A DNA stretch of 63,528 nucleotides, the filler included, from Folioceros fuciformis (taxonomy: Eukaryota), in assembly GCA_049999805.1 (NCBI GenBank). It is 8 parts of 8 records of this genome, joined end to end, with 100 filler letters (N's around TTAATTAATTAA, not from the genome) between each part and the next. Parts side by side here need not be neighbours in the genome. Positions count along the whole stretch, not along the records: positions 9,757 to 17,109 come from JBNGIO010003887.1; positions 17,210 to 22,834 come from JBNGIO010003888.1; positions 22,935 to 26,623 come from JBNGIO010003890.1; 5 more parts are not named here. The stretch is one strand, 5' to 3'. A model generated the notes under the pieces. It did not search any database. It had not been told where the DNA came from and saw only the letters and a program-made list of their open reading frames with translations. A program made the position numbers and the translations under genes. Shown one piece after another: positions 10,919 through 24,390 of this stretch. Each line of letters starts with the position of its first letter. The first letter of the stretch is position 1.

Positions 10919-11189
10919 CACTCTCAAGGCCGCCTTCACTTTGGTTTTCCAGGATATTCTTGTTTTCCATGATATTCTTCCACAATCCCCCGGTTGCGAT
11001 GTAAACGGGCTCCTCCTCATGATCCTGGCCCTCGGGGACCTTAGCCTGATATTACACCGATTCGCCACTTCCCGATCCAGTCCCCTCAACCACTTTCGGT
11101 AACAATCTTCGCCCCTTACAAGGGAAACCTTCCCTCTCATCCCGGCCTTCTTAGGAATGCCTATCCGCTCATCCATACTCCTCACTGTT

Positions 11190-14146
11190 CTTGGTTACTG
11201 GCCTCCAATTGGTTACTGGCCTCCTGCTCTGCTCATCCGCTCTCTGCCTTGTTAGCCAATGTGTCTGGCCTCCTGCTCTGCTCATCCGCTCTCTGCCTTG
11301 TTAGCCAATGTGTCCGGCCCCGTTCGGCACACCCGTGGATCCAGCGCCGCTGCCTAATCCATTCCGGTCCCGATTCGGCTAGCCCATCGATTAGACGTAT
11401 GGCCAGATTCGGCCTGCCAATCGATCAGCCACCACCATCCAGTCAAATCACCCGAGTCCACTGGCTAGCCACCCCAGCCGCTACTGCCAACCGCCTGGCA
11501 GATTCAGCCAGGCAACCAGCCTGGCCGACTGGTTGCCTACTGAATCCACTGCCCAGAAGCCAGGCTAGCCAGCCTGGCGACTTGGCTCCTGCAGCCAGGC
11601 CGGCGGCTGGCTTCCGGATCCAGCCTCGGCCTACATTCGGCCCGCTCATTTGGCCTCCAACTCCGACTAGCCCGGCCGCTGCATGCACTGCCAAAACGGC
11701 CTGGCTGCGTACCTGGCCATCTTCAGTTGCAGGCAGGCTGCATCCAGGCTGATCCCGTCCAATCCGCCAGGCCTCCCACTAGATTCACGCGCGTCTTGGT
11801 TTTTGGGCTTGATTCACCACCATCGGCCCAGCCAACTTGCTCTCGCCTACCAGATATCTGGCCAGACCCGTCAAGCACCTGCCCGGCCGCCTGGACCTTG
11901 TCGTCACCCATCAGCCAGGCCGCCTTCCTGGCCTGACTGCTCCCCGGCTTGCAGGCAGCCCACCAGTCTGGCTGCCCAGCCTAACATCCCGCCATGACCA
12001 ACCAGCCAGCCCGGCTGGTTGAGCAGCCAAGCCGAACTGGCTTTGATGTCCTGCTTCGGTCCAGCCCCTGGTCGTCTGGCTGCTTGCAGCCAGCAGCCTG
12101 ATCGACTGGCTGGCCGTTGACGACCCGCTCAGCTCCTGCTCCCCGACTCGAGGCCACCCGGGCCGATTCCTGCAAGCCAGCTCGCATGGCTCAGCCCGAG
12201 CCAACTTGGATCTCAGTCGGCCAGCTTGGACGCTCCTTGGACACAACATCACCCCCTTGCCCATCCAGCCTGCGCCAGGCGGCTGCTGCCTGGCTGGATC
12301 TATCTGCAGGTCACCTGCTAGCTGCCTTCCCGCGCCGGCTGGACCAACGCAGCCAGCGTGCAAGCCGGCCCCTGGTTGATCCGCCTCGGCCTCATGTCCC
12401 GACCTGCCTCCAGCACTCACCTTCTGACCGGTTCCAAGCCAGCCAGCCGCCAGGCCTGTCCCCACCGCCCAAGAACAGGCCTCCAGATTCCACCAACAGC
12501 CATCCTGCCCAGTTTGGCCGCACCGAGCTGGATCAGCCACCGACGGCTCGGCTCCAAAGTCGGGCAGCCAGGCCGCCATCGGGCCTGACCTGCGGATCTG
12601 CCAGCAGCCAGGCCATTGTCACCCGGCCTGGCTGATGTGCCGCCATCTGCCCTTACCGAGTCGCTAGACGCCCAACTGCCGGGCTGCAGGGTCGGCCGGC
12701 CACAGCCCCAGCCAATTGCCCGGCCTTCGAATCCGGCCCTGGCCAGATCCGCCAGCCAGAGTGTCCGCCGGCCTGCCCTACGCCGGTCGCCGGCCTGGCT
12801 CAGCATCGGCCAACCACACCGCTCCCAGCCTGCTGCGCCGGAGCTTGCACAGGCCTGACTGGCAACAGCCCGGCCTCCAGTCGTCACCTTCCGAGCCTGC
12901 CTACCTGATCTCCAGCGCTGGACCCGGCCTGGATTCTCCTCAGCTGGCCTGCCTACACTCCTCTTCCCCGACCAGGCGGCTGCCTGGCTGCTGCTAGCCG
13001 GCCTGGGCTGCCGGCTAGGCCCCTCAATAGCCAGCCTAGCTTCTTCAGGCCCAAGCAGCCCAGGCCGCCTCGATCAGCCCGACCGAACTTGGGTCTCAGC
13101 CGACCGGCCTACTCTTGGCCTCGCCGCGCTCCAGCCTTGGACTTATCCACCTCTCGACTGTCGGGCTCTGCTCCGCTGCCTGCACTGTCGGCCCTCAACA
13201 GCTGGACAAGAGCAGGATAGCTAGCCAGGGCGTGCTCCACCCGGCCTCACTGGTCCGCCAGTAACCAGTCGACTTAGCCTGGCTGCGCCGGGCTGGACTA
13301 GCCACAGCCAGCCCAGCTCTAGAGTCGGGCAGCCAGCCCGGCTCCAGAGTCGGGCAGCCAGCCCGGCTCCAGGGTCGGGCAGCCAGCCCGCCACCGGGGC
13401 TGGCCTGCAAATCTGCCCTAGCTGTTTGCACTGTCGATCCAACACCACCACCTGCCTCTTGTCGAGTCCAGTCGGCCAGTGCCTTGATTCCACCGTGAAT
13501 CCATCCTGGCCTGTTCCTGCAAGCCAAGCAGCCTTCCCGCTCCGCCTCGACCAGTTCCCCCAGCCCAGATCCATGCCCGGCCTGGTTTCGGGCCCAATTC
13601 GCCACCACCGGCCCGGCTAGGCTGAGCCCGAGGCATGCCAACTTGGGTCCAGCGCCGCCCCTGCCCCGACACGACTTGCTTCAACCAAGCAGGATGTTGT
13701 GCCTAGCCGAGACCAGCCAAAGATAGCGAGCAACCCAGCCATTGGTCAAGCCAGTCCCGCTTGCATCCCCTGGCCTTCATCACCCACATCCAGTCCGGCT
13801 AGCAAGCAAGAGTGCGCCACAGGACCTGCCTTGCTGGTTGTCTGCTTATGCTATGATGTCGTTGACAGCGCTTCCCCCGGAGCCCTCGTTCTACCCTGTC
13901 CCTGATCAGGCATACCCCGACCCTTCGACTCCTCGTCGTTGTCACTGCCTGGCCGCTCCAGGCAGCTCCACTCAAGAGTCTAGGTTCCACACACATCCGG
14001 ACACCCTAACTAGAGGGACGTAACCCGTGTCCTACCTACCACACACCCTATCTAGACCCTACTCACTAACCCACTAATCTAACCTAATCTCCGAGAGATT
14101 CCCAAAAAAAGAAACCCCACCATTTTCTAAGGGTTTAGGGTTCACA
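11190..14146. mobile_element. GC-rich CCAGCC/GGCTGG-rich repeat-element segment ending GGTTCACA, inserted into copia element C
   Basis: Degenerate short repeats, including a 25-bp unit x3 at 13321-13390. Abrupt junction into the copia zinc-knuckle codons (H)MEKDC. Confidence 0.45.
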
Positions 14147-16943
14147 CATGGAAAAGGATTGTTATAAGAAAAAGAATGGCGAGCCTAGAAAGGAGGCCAC
14201 ACCTGAAGCTCATGTTGCTGTGAAGAAGCCATCTTCCACAACACCTCCGGCTCTTACTATATGTTTGGCTTCATTAAAGTCAACAAACCCAAATTGGTAC
14301 TTGGATAGTGAAGCCACTTCACACATCTATCATGATAAACAATCATATGAGTCCTATTCGCCAGCTACACGACATCAGACTATCTTACTGGGCGATGACC
14401 ATAACCTCCCTATTTTAGGTGAGCGTTCAGTTAAACTCAGATGTTCTTCAAGTCACACTCTCCTTCTTTCCAAAGTCCTTCATGTACCATCCATGTGTAA
14501 AAATTTAGTGTCAGCTGCTAGTTTATGTACAGAACATAGTATTCAGGTTATTTTAGATGCAGATAATTGTATCCTTACTTACTCTCCTAGTGAGTCCCTC
14601 AACATCTGCACATGCACTATAGAGGACGGGTTACATAAACTGTCCGTCAAAGTGGGACCCTCACATGATAGAATTAATGTAGCTTCCCAGAACTCTTGTC
14701 ACCTCCAATACAACTGTACTTTGGCTTTGTAGATTAGGACATCCTAATAGCCAACAGCTTATACAAATGTCTAGGGGAAACCTTTATAGAAACCCTTCCC
14801 TTACTAAGATAGAACCATTATCATGGTGTGAAGCTTGTGTCCTCACTAAAAGACATCAAGCACCTTTCCAAAATAACTCTCCCCAGCAGGCTAAGGCACC
14901 CCTAGAGTTAATTCACACTGACATTTGTGGCCCAATTTCCGCACCATCCTTCAGTGGTTGCAGATACTTAATTACTTTCATTGACGATTTCTCCCGCTTT
15001 ACCACAACATACATCCTCAAGCACAAAAGTGAAGCTTTTAAGTACTTTAAGGATTATATGATGTGGGCGGAAAGACTTATAGAGAAGAAACTCAAAACCC
15101 TCCGTTCCGATAATGCAGGCGAGTTTATATCAAATGCTTTTACTGATTTTTGTCGAGCTCAAGGTATTGCTCAACAACTTATAGTAGTATACACACCTCA
15201 ACAAAATGGCATAGCAAAGAATAAGAGATGACATGTTGCTTGCTCTCCCAAGCTAGTTTAATTAAACCATATTGGGCAGAAGCAATTATAACAGCAACAT
15301 ATCTCATTAATAGACTACCAACCTCAGCAATTAAAGGTATGACACCTTATTAAGCATTTACTAGAAGAAAGCCTTCCATTGACCACCTTTGCGTTTTTTG
15401 TTGTACGGCATATGTTTATATTCCTAAACCACAACGCAAGAAGTTAGATGATAAGGCTGTGAAATATACTTTTATTGGCTATATAGAAGGTATCAAAGGA
15501 TACAAATTATTTGATCCAGCTACTAGGAGACTCATTTACACCGCAGTGTTACTTTTCATGAGTCTCCCATGTTATCTCCAGTGAGTTCAAGATCTCTTGT
15601 TTTTGTTCTAGACGACAATCATCTATCCTCATCCTTTGATGATGATGAATTTATTAGCCTTCATTACTCTCCTTCCTCTCCTTTGGTTGAACCTATATTG
15701 CAGGAGGAGGAGGAGCCACCTTCTCCACGACGACCCACGACTCTAGATCCATACATGGAAATTCCTCAACACCTTGACGATATTCATGATATCCCGGATG
15801 ATGACTTTTCCAAGCCTGAATATTTGGATGCAGATCAGCCAGTTCCCCCTATAGTTGAACTAGCTCCTGAAGCATCTGAAGAAGAAGAAAACTCTTTAGA
15901 ACAAGTCGTCAACGAAGATGCACAAGCTGCACCAAGGTACAACCTAAGAACCAGACCTACTGTCTCAGGGCCTGCAAGAAAGAAGGAACCACCATTATGA
16001 TACCTTACCACCTTTGATGATCCCTCCTCACCTTTCTCTCATTTTCATCAATCTGTTTATAAAGCTACAGTTGATCCTGAAGAGCCACTAACCATCAAGC
16101 AAGCTTTTTCCTCTCTTGAGAAGGATTTATGGAAAGCTAGTGGACTCTGAGTATGACTCCCTCGTTAAAAACTCTACATGGGAATTAGTCAAACCACCAA
16201 AAGGGAGAGAAATAGTTGGGAGCAAATGGGTCTTCAAAATCAAACGTAAGGGCGATGGTGCCATTGAGAGATATAAGGCAAAACTAGTAGCCAAAGGTTT
16301 TACCCAAATACCGGGTTTAGATTACATACCCTGGGCTACCTATGCTCTAGTAGCAAAGTTTGCCTCTCTAAGAATTATAATTGCCTTATATGCTCAACAT
16401 GATTTACATCTTCATATGATGGATGTCAAAACTGCTTATTTGCAAGGACGCATTCAAGAAGAAATATGCATGAAGCAACCTGAGGGATATGAGGTCAAAG
16501 GCAAGGAAAATATGGTATGCCGATTAATAAACGGTCTCTATGGCCTAAAACAATATGGAAAGGAATGGAACAAGGATATACATAACAAGCTCATCAAGTA
16601 TGGCTTTATACGAAGCAAAGCTGATGCAAGCTTGTATATATTGAAGACAAAACAATATACAATTTATCTTTTACTTTGTGTGGATGACTTATTTTTAGCA
16701 TCATCCTCACTCTCCCACCTGGCTGAAATTAAAGGCTTGGTTAAGAAGTCACTATGAAATGACAAACTTGGGAGAACTCAATTATGCTCTTGGCGTGAAT
16801 ATTATAAGGCATAGAGGTAACAAATTCATTTCCTTACGTCAGACAAAATATATAAAGGAAAGTTTAGCCAAGTTTGAACTTGAGGATGCTAAACCGGCAG
16901 CCACACCATTTCCTAGTGGCACAAGGCTTATTTTAGATATGAG
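14147..16943 (+). pseudogene. Degenerate Ty1/copia element C pol (zinc-knuckle end, protease, integrase, RT)
   Basis: WYLDSEATSH, IHTDICGP, RSDNAGEF, MDVKTAYL, LYGLKQ and CVDD, with several stops and frameshifts. Confidence 0.92.
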
Positions 16944-17109
16944 TGTGGAGGCAAAACCCCGGGCACTGATTGCCAATGGGTTCCACCTTTAGTGGCCACA
17001 CTTATCCCACTGTCGTTGAGACATTGGGTTTCGTTCCCACGAAGGAGCGATGGGGTTCCTTGCTGCTGTGGATGGAGGGTCGGACTTGATCAACTCGATG
17101 ATGGATTCG
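16944..17109. mobile_element. Terminus of a young LTR-type element (TGTGGAGGCAAAACCCC...) inserted in element C RT
   Basis: Nearly identical to 22461 onward; begins with TG at a sharp junction. Confidence 0.8.
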
Positions 17110-17209
17110 NNNNNNNNNNNNNNNNNNNNNNNNNNNNNNNNNNNNNNNNNNNNTTAATTAATTAANNNNNNNNNNNNNNNNNNNNNNNNNNNNNNNNNNN
17201 NNNNNNNNN

Positions 17210-17545
17210 GAGGAGATCATTAGGGCAAGCACCGGAGGAGATCATTAGGGCAAGCAGCGGAGGAGATCATTAGGGCAAGCAGCGGAGGAGATCATTAGGG
17301 CAAGCAGCGGAGGAGATCATTAGGGCAAGCAGCGGAGGAGATAATTAGGGCAAGCACCGGAGGAGATAATTAGGGCCAGCACGGAACAACCACCATTAGG
17401 GAAAGCATGGGACAACTGCCATTAGGGCAAGCATGTGACAACCACCATAAGGGCAAGCATGGGACGACCACCATTAGGGCAAGCATCGAACATAGGGCAA
17501 GGATTAGGGCAACCTACAAACACGGGCAAGGATTAGGGCAACTTA
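17210..17545 (+). repeat. 25-bp minisatellite (GGAGGAGATCATTAGGGCAAGCAGC), ~7 good copies then decayed ones
   Basis: Tandem copies visible. Confidence 0.9.
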
Positions 17546-17585
17546 CTAACACTAGTATACCTGGCTTTACTTACAAATCACTTCC

Positions 17586-17745
17586 TCCCTCTTACACGAC
17601 TCAGCACTAGGCTCCTTCTTACATGACTCAGCACTAGGCTCCCTCTTACACGACTCAGCACTAGGCTCCCTCTTACACGACTCAGCACTAAGCTCCCTCT
17701 TACACGACTCAGCACTAAGCTCCCTCTTACACGACTCAGCGACTC
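17586..17745 (+). repeat. 27-bp minisatellite (CTCCCTCTTACACGACTCAGCACTAGG), ~6 copies
   Basis: Tandem copies visible. Confidence 0.92.
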
Positions 17746-19340
17746 ATCACTAGGCTCCAAGTAGCCTACCGTCCATTGACGACTCGCAGACCACCTCCTC
17801 TAGGTGTTGCTCTTTATTCAAAAGAGTCTGGCGATCTGCGCCCTACTGGCTACTGCCCAGACTCCATCTTACAAGCTTGCTCTTCAAACCCTCCATAGCT
17901 ATGCCTCAAGGCTAGACTTCCCACTGTTTACCCTTGTCTCTCTGTTCTCTCTGTGTATCAATGTATAAGAGTATGTCCTCAAGACCCTAACACTGGCCTA
18001 TTTATACTCCACAGCTAAGCCACTGCTAAAGCCGGGAATGATACACACCACTCATCTCAGAATACTAGTGGTCATTATAACTCCATCCTTCTTAGGAGGT
18101 TTTGCCTGGAACACCTGAAGCAAGAAGCATACTTGCTTCTTCATCAAGACAGCTCTAGATTTAGCTTTCACCTTTCTACTTTTAACTTTCACCTTGTTTC
18201 ACTTATGCCATTACTCTCTCCCCCACTAGGAGAAAGTCATTGTCCTCAATGACTTGTAGTGTAACATGAGATCATCCATGATCCTTGTTGCACATCTTGA
18301 TGTGAAACCCAGACAGGATTTGCAAAATCATGAAGCCTTACTAGATACTTTAGAACATTACCACGGATAGAAGGCACTTCTCTTTCTGCTAGGAATTCAA
18401 CAATCTCTTGCAAACTATGGTTATATTGAACCGGGATAACATAGTCTTTCTTGTTCATGTCTTCATTCTCTTTTGAAATCACAACGGTTTCAGCAAAGAG
18501 ACATGAAACATGGAGAGCAACATGTGGAGCTAGCCAATCTCCCTCTAGATTACTGCTCACGGGAGTTGCTTAATAGGGTTGTAAGAAAGGGCAAAGGGGT
18601 GTTGATCCTGCCCCTTTGCTTGCTTTTTTTTCCTTCTCTTCTTCACTCATAAGCTGAGGGCAAAGAGCAAGGTAGGTGCCTCNNNNNNNNNNNNNNNNNN
18701 NNNNNNNNNNNNNNNNNNNNNNNNNNNNNNNNNNNNNNNNNNNNNNNNNNNNNNNNNNNNNNNNNNNNNNNNNNNNNNNNNNCTCCTACTCTTCCTTTTT
18801 TCCTTCTCGGGTTGCAGGTGATCTGGCAGTTGTAGGAGTGGTGAGTGAGGGTGGCCTATCAGCTGATGGAGGGGCTGTGAGCAAAGCTGTGAGTCAAGGG
18901 TAGGAACCTAGTTGCAAGAGTCACGAGAGTTGAGGAGGTTTTCTCTTTGCCAAATAGAAGTGTTGTCTACAATGATAGGACTTGGGGCCCAACCAGTGAA
19001 ACATGAAGACAAGGAAGAGACTAGCTAATGAGGTGACAACACCAGAGGACGAGGAGGATAGTTGCAGCAAGCAGAAGATCTGAAGACTCCCTCCCAAGGA
19101 CATAGCTATCGTAGGAGTGAGGTCGGGCCCCACTGTTTAGACTTAGTTTATGTTGGCTTGTGGTGATTGGGCCTAAATGGTAGGCCTATTAAGACTTCTG
19201 ACACCAGGTCATTTGCTAGGCAAGCCTAGATTAGTGAGCCAAGAGGTTCATTGATTTAGTTGCCTTTTCATAGTATAAACCTAAAGAGAGAGAGCGTGAG
19301 GAGAGAGGGGAGCTCCTATCGAAGGATTGCTAGAGGAGCC

Positions 19341-22300
19341 TAGCGTAGGATCGGTAGCACACGGCGTAGAGAGAAAGCTTAGAAAATCAGAATAGCCACT
19401 TGTGAATGTGGGTGTAAGGCCATAAGAGGCCGTGTCATGTGAACCGGTACGGCGGTTGACTGTTAACGTTACAACTGTGCACCTGTTCGTGCACTTATAT
19501 AATAAATATATATGTGTAACTATTCCCTTAACGACCTAAACTATGCATGACGCCGGGATACGGGCTAGTTAAGGGCAACCTATCTCGCTACCCCCACTTA
19601 GACTGTAATCCCGCCGTCGTGAACCTCACATACGCCGTAATCCGCGCCGTCTCTCAGCTTGCGCATACTCTCCGTCTGCAGATCAAGTTGTAGCTATGCT
19701 GAGTGTTGGCGGAATTTCGCACTTGGACGGCAGCTTTATCCTACTGCTCTTGCTTGGGCTGCTAGTCTGTGTCGCCACCTGGGAGCAGAAAAGATTTTCC
19801 GGGAGGAGTTCAAGGCTCCAGAAGGCTGGCAGACTTGAGCTTGGCAGGGAGGAAAGGCTGCGCCACAGGATGAGGACGTTGCATGCTCAGCTCCGGCAGC
19901 TCAAGGGATTGTCTCCTGCTTCTTGTCTTTAGGTATGCTTCGTTTTGGAGATGCCCTGAGGTGGCGGCGGAGATGGCAGGCGCCTGGTTGTTTTGTTTGC
20001 CTGTAGCACACAAAGGAAAGCAAGCATAGCTGCCCTGTTGTGCGCCCATCCACCCCCACTGATTGTGACAAGCGCTAACCTTGTGAGTGAGTGCGTGCAT
20101 GTGCAGTTGTGTGCAGGTCAAGGGTTTGTCTTGACTACAAGGCCCAAACCTTCACAGTGCGCGGTATGGCGCTCCTTAGGCAGTGGTTTTGTGAACAGGT
20201 CAGCAAGGTTCTGGTCTGTAGGTACGTAGACCAGGTCTATCTCACTTGAGTCCACGGTTTCTCTGATGTAGTGCTGCTTCACTGCAATATGTCTTGTTCT
20301 GGAGTGGTGAACTGGATTTTTGGATAGGGCGATGGCCGATTGATTGTCACAGTAGATGGTTGTGGCTCCAGGTTGTGGAAACCCTACAGAGGCCATAAAG
20401 TGCCTGTTGTAGACTGTTTCCTGAGCAGCTGAGGTTGCGGCTGTGTATTCAGCCTCAGTGCTGGAGAGGGCCACCACTGTCTGCTTCTTAGATGTCCAGC
20501 TGATTGCTCCTCCAAACAGAATGGTGCAGTTTGCAGTAATCGATTGCCTGGAGTCCTCGTCACTGGCCTAGTCGGAGTCAGAATAACAGATAAGTAGCGG
20601 GAACTTCCCTTGCGATTTGTATCTGATGCTGAGATATTGTGTGCCCTTGAGGTAACGCAGCACCCTCTTAACTCCTGTCCAGTGTGCATTGCCAGGATTT
20701 GCCAGGAACCGCGAGAAGATGCGAGTAGCAGGGGACACATCAGGTCTAGTCCATCCACTAATCCATATTAGACATCCAATTAACATGTTGTAAGGCTTCT
20801 TTTCCATCTCTTGCTTTTCAGCATCCGTCTTTGGACTTTGTTCTGTAGAGAATTTCTCTCCCACAGCCATGGGAGTGATGGCGGGCTTACAGTCTACCAT
20901 CATGAACCTCTCTAGCATTTGCCTTATATAATGAGCCTGGTGACAGAGTATACTTCCCTTATCTGGACTAATGAATATCTATACGCCTAGAAAGAAGGTG
21001 AGCGGACCCAAGTCCGTCATAGAGAATTCAGCAGTAAGAATAGACTTAACCTTCTTCATTATGTCAGGGGAGTTAGCAAATATCAATGCATCATCAACAT
21101 ATAGTGCTAGAATGGCAAATGTCTGCCCTTCTCTAAGGATGTACACATTTGTGTCTGCATCACTCTGACTGAATCCTGACTGGATCAGGTAGGCGTGTAT
21201 CTTCTTATACCATACTCTTGGTGCCTGTTTCAGGCCATACAGGCTCTTTTTTAACCTGCATACTTTATGAGGTTCTTTCTTACTAACATATCCTTCTGGC
21301 TGTGTGATATACATCTCTTCATCTATGGTGCCATGGAGGAAAGCGGTTTTGACATCCATCTGATGAATGTCAAGCTTACATTCTGCAGCGAGTGCAAAGA
21401 GCATCCTTATAGAAGACGTCCTTACAACAGGTGAGAAGGTTTCGTGAAAGTCAAGTCCTTCGACTTGCTTGTATCCATGCACAACGTATCTTGCCTTATA
21501 TCTGGCCACTGTTCCATCTAGGTTCAACTTTTTCTTGAACACCCACTTGCCTGTGAGTGCCTTGCGTCCTGGAGGCAGGTCTACCAGCTCCCAAGTCTAA
21601 TTGTCGATGAGGGACTGGTACTCTGAGTCCACGCCTGCGTTCCATGGAGCTTTGGCCTTCAGGGGAGGAAAGTGCTTCCTTTAGTGTGGCTGGCTCTCCA
21701 AGATCATGTGCTGCAAGCAGGGCCTGAGCAACATAGGCATGAGGTGAGGCATTCTTCTTTGATGTGTTGTCACTGGTAGTGAGATTAGAAGTTTGCTACC
21801 TGTAGGCCTCGTCCAGTTCGTAGCTTAATGGCTTGTTAGTCCACTGACTTGGATCAGTTGGATGTGTTCTAGACGATCTTCTAGGAGCTGGGGGCTCATA
21901 TGTTGGTGCCTCATCATGCTCCTCGACCTCTTCCTCAGCTACAGGAGGAGATGGTGGAGTGTCATCGTCCATGTCATCATAATCCTCCTGCTGCTCATTC
22001 TCGGAGTGTTGACTAGTGTCAGAGTGAGAGTCATCTGCAGTGAGGTTAGGTTCATCGTCTGGGAAAGCATCTGCTGATTGAACTGGAAAAACTGAAGCTA
22101 CTGGCACAGACTGAGAGGTAACAAGAGGCACATCATGTTCAGTTGACCACAGTTCAGTTGCATCTTGTTCAGAGGACGTAAGGCGTTGTAGACCAGGTAC
22201 GTCTCTGTCCTTTCCTGAAGCTTGCAGTAGAAACTGCTCGTCAAAGATGACGTTTCTTGCATGTAAGAACCGTTTCCGAGATGGATCATAGAGCTTGTAG

Positions 22301-22460
22301 CCCTTGATACCATCCGTGTAACCAATGAAGAGATGTTTGGTAGCCTTAAAGTCCATTTTACGTCGGATCTCATCGGGTGTATGTGCATACGCAGGGCAGC
22401 CCCATATCCGAAGATGGTCCACACGAGGCTTGACACCAGTCCATCGTTCAAAAGGAGTGG
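19341..22460 (-). mobile_element. Ty1/copia family A, copy 2 (disabled pol 20118-22460, PPT 19591-19599, LTR 19341-19590)
   Basis: Collinear with 452-3688. Pol fragments match copy 1 but carry stops and frameshifts. Confidence 0.95.
19696..20029 (+). pseudogene. Antisense accessory ORF of family A copy 2, frameshifted by an 86-nt deletion
   Basis: MLSVGGISHLDGSFILLLLLGLLVCVATWEQ..., then in another frame LVFRYASFWRCPEVAAEMAGAWLFCLPVAHKGKQA*. Confidence 0.7.
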
Positions 22461-22834
22461 TGTGGAGGCAAAACCCCGGGCACCGATTGCCAATGGGTTC
22501 CACCTTTAGTGGCCACACTTATCCCACTGTCGTTGAGACATTGGGTTTCGTTCCCACGAAGGAGCGATGGGGTTCCTTGCTGCTGTGGATGGAGGGTCGG
22601 ACTTGATCAACTCGATGATGGATTCGAGGGCTCCCCTCCAGCTCCGATCAGGCGTAGGACAGGCCTCGCTGTCCGGCGGTCAGCTGCACCTCTCTCGGTG
22701 CCCACAAACTCACTCCAGCCACTACAACGACCCTAACCTCTCAGATCTGCGACTTCCCTCACTCACTTCACTCACTCTTTCACTCCAGCACCAACACCAG
22801 CAACTACCAGCAACGACACCACTACCTTCTACAC
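22461..22834. mobile_element. Second copy of the TGTGGAGG-terminus element, inserted in the integrase of family A copy 2
   Basis: Matches 16944-17109. The junction falls inside the TPFERW-coding region. Confidence 0.8.
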
Positions 22835-23989
22835 NNNNNNNNNNNNNNNNNNNNNNNNNNNNNNNNNNNNNNNNNNNNTTAATTAATTAANNNNNNNNNN
22901 NNNNNNNNNNNNNNNNNNNNNNNNNNNNNNNNNNAATTCCAAGACTCAGTTAGCGGGGTCGAATTCTTCTTTCGTGCAAGCTTCTGAAGGTGGGTAGGCA
23001 CGCGCAGTGAGTGATGAGGAGATGGAGACTAAACTCCGTCACGTCTTTCACAGAAGACATACGTGCCGGTGATGGGAGCGTTGACCAGGACCCATTGCAC
23101 AGCGGGCACAGAGGCAGATGCTGCTGTCTCTAGACATCGACAACACAAATAGAGCCACGAGCGCAGTGGAATGCGGTCTGTGATTCGCCCTTCCTCAGAA
23201 GCTCTTGCCCAGTCCCAGGACGGTTCACTGCACGAACTGATGTTTCCTGACGCGCAGACAGCGCGTCGAGAGAGAAGATGCTGCACAGCGCGTCGAGAGA
23301 GAAGATGCCGCACCTCTCGGGGCGGGCACTCCGTGCGTGAAGGCGGAAACGGAGTGCAGCGCCTCGAGAGAGGGAGGCATTGAGTCTTCAGGCCGCGCCT
23401 GAGCACATGCATATGTGCGTGCACGCGGTGATCCATTGCCGGTATCTGGTCCATTGAGATCCAAATTTTTCAAGGGAATTTTTGGAAACCTGTGCCCATG
23501 CTGCCAATGGTAATCCTGGTGAAGACCAACAAAATGCTGATGTTGAGGAAGAACTCGTAATCGAAGCTCATATACTAGGATCTGAGGTGGTAATTCGACA
23601 ACTTGGTGCTGAAAACGGTAATGTTGATTAAAACCATGCTTGTCAATAGGTGATAAATTGCATTACCCATATGCATTTGGATAACCTGCTTGATGTTGCC
23701 GTACATAACCGGCAAGCATCTCCCATTCAATCCAGAAACAAGAGTCAAGATAATAGTGCATCAGAAATTCCAAATTTCTGATTGTTACCTAATCCTACAC
23801 CAGCAATGTTGTCTGGTCCTTTGGATATGACGACTTCTAGGTCGAGTGTTATAAATATTAATAATAATAGTATTTAGGCCTACCAGGGGCACGGTTCGTC
23901 TTAGGTCAGGATACCAACCAGCATAAGTGAAACGGTTACAACCACATAGCGTCTCGCTCGTGACACTTGATTCTGCACAAAGGTGCAAA

Positions 23990-24390
23990 CCTTCTACGCT
24001 TCAATCTCATGCTCAATCTACCGCCTGAACATCCATCGCTCTCGCCTCTTGCTCCATTTACATGGTATCATCTAGAGCCCACAAGGGGATCTAATAGTCA
24101 CGGGGGACTTCAAGGCTAACGACCTATACCACCTCAAAGTCACCACCCCTCAAGCTGCTAATTACTCTTCTCTCTTTGCATCAACCAGCACTGGCAATCA
24201 GTCTTATTTATGGCATGCCTGACTTGGGCAGATGCATATGCAGCCAATGAAGGAGATGTTATCTACATGGTATCTACACAAGCGGTCAGCAGTATCCCCC
24301 TCATCAAAGTTGAGGAATTTGGCATATGTGAGGCTTACTCTCTTGGCATAAGTCATCGCTCTCCCTATCCTAAAGAGTGTTAAGAGATGG
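23990..24390 (+). pseudogene. Degenerate copia gag-pre-integrase fragment
   Basis: LWHA*LGQMH and ICEAYSLG..HRSPYP remnants. Confidence 0.55.

Larger units (their letters stand above)
17210..18600 (-). mobile_element. 3' end of a chromovirus-like gypsy element: integrase tail/chromodomain-like ORF, PPT, LTR containing the minisatellites
   Basis: ORF 18246-18560 has HVALHVSCL and EIVEFLAERE..LKYLVRL..WV. Minus-strand PPT GTGGGGGAGAGAG at 18214-18226; TATAAATA near 18000. Confidence 0.55.

Noticed and set aside
11249-13684. Many overlapping 60-220 aa ORFs
   Set aside because: Expected in GC-rich repetitive DNA; no domain-like signal in any frame.
17210-17745. 25-39 bp repeat arrays (also 10355-10918 and 58975-59332) as CRISPR arrays
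   Set aside because: Units are head-to-tail with no unique spacers, there are no cas genes, and the context is eukaryotic.
18207-18213. TA start of the chromovirus-like LTR as another non-canonical terminus
   Set aside because: Single degenerate copy; one G-to-A change from TG explains it.
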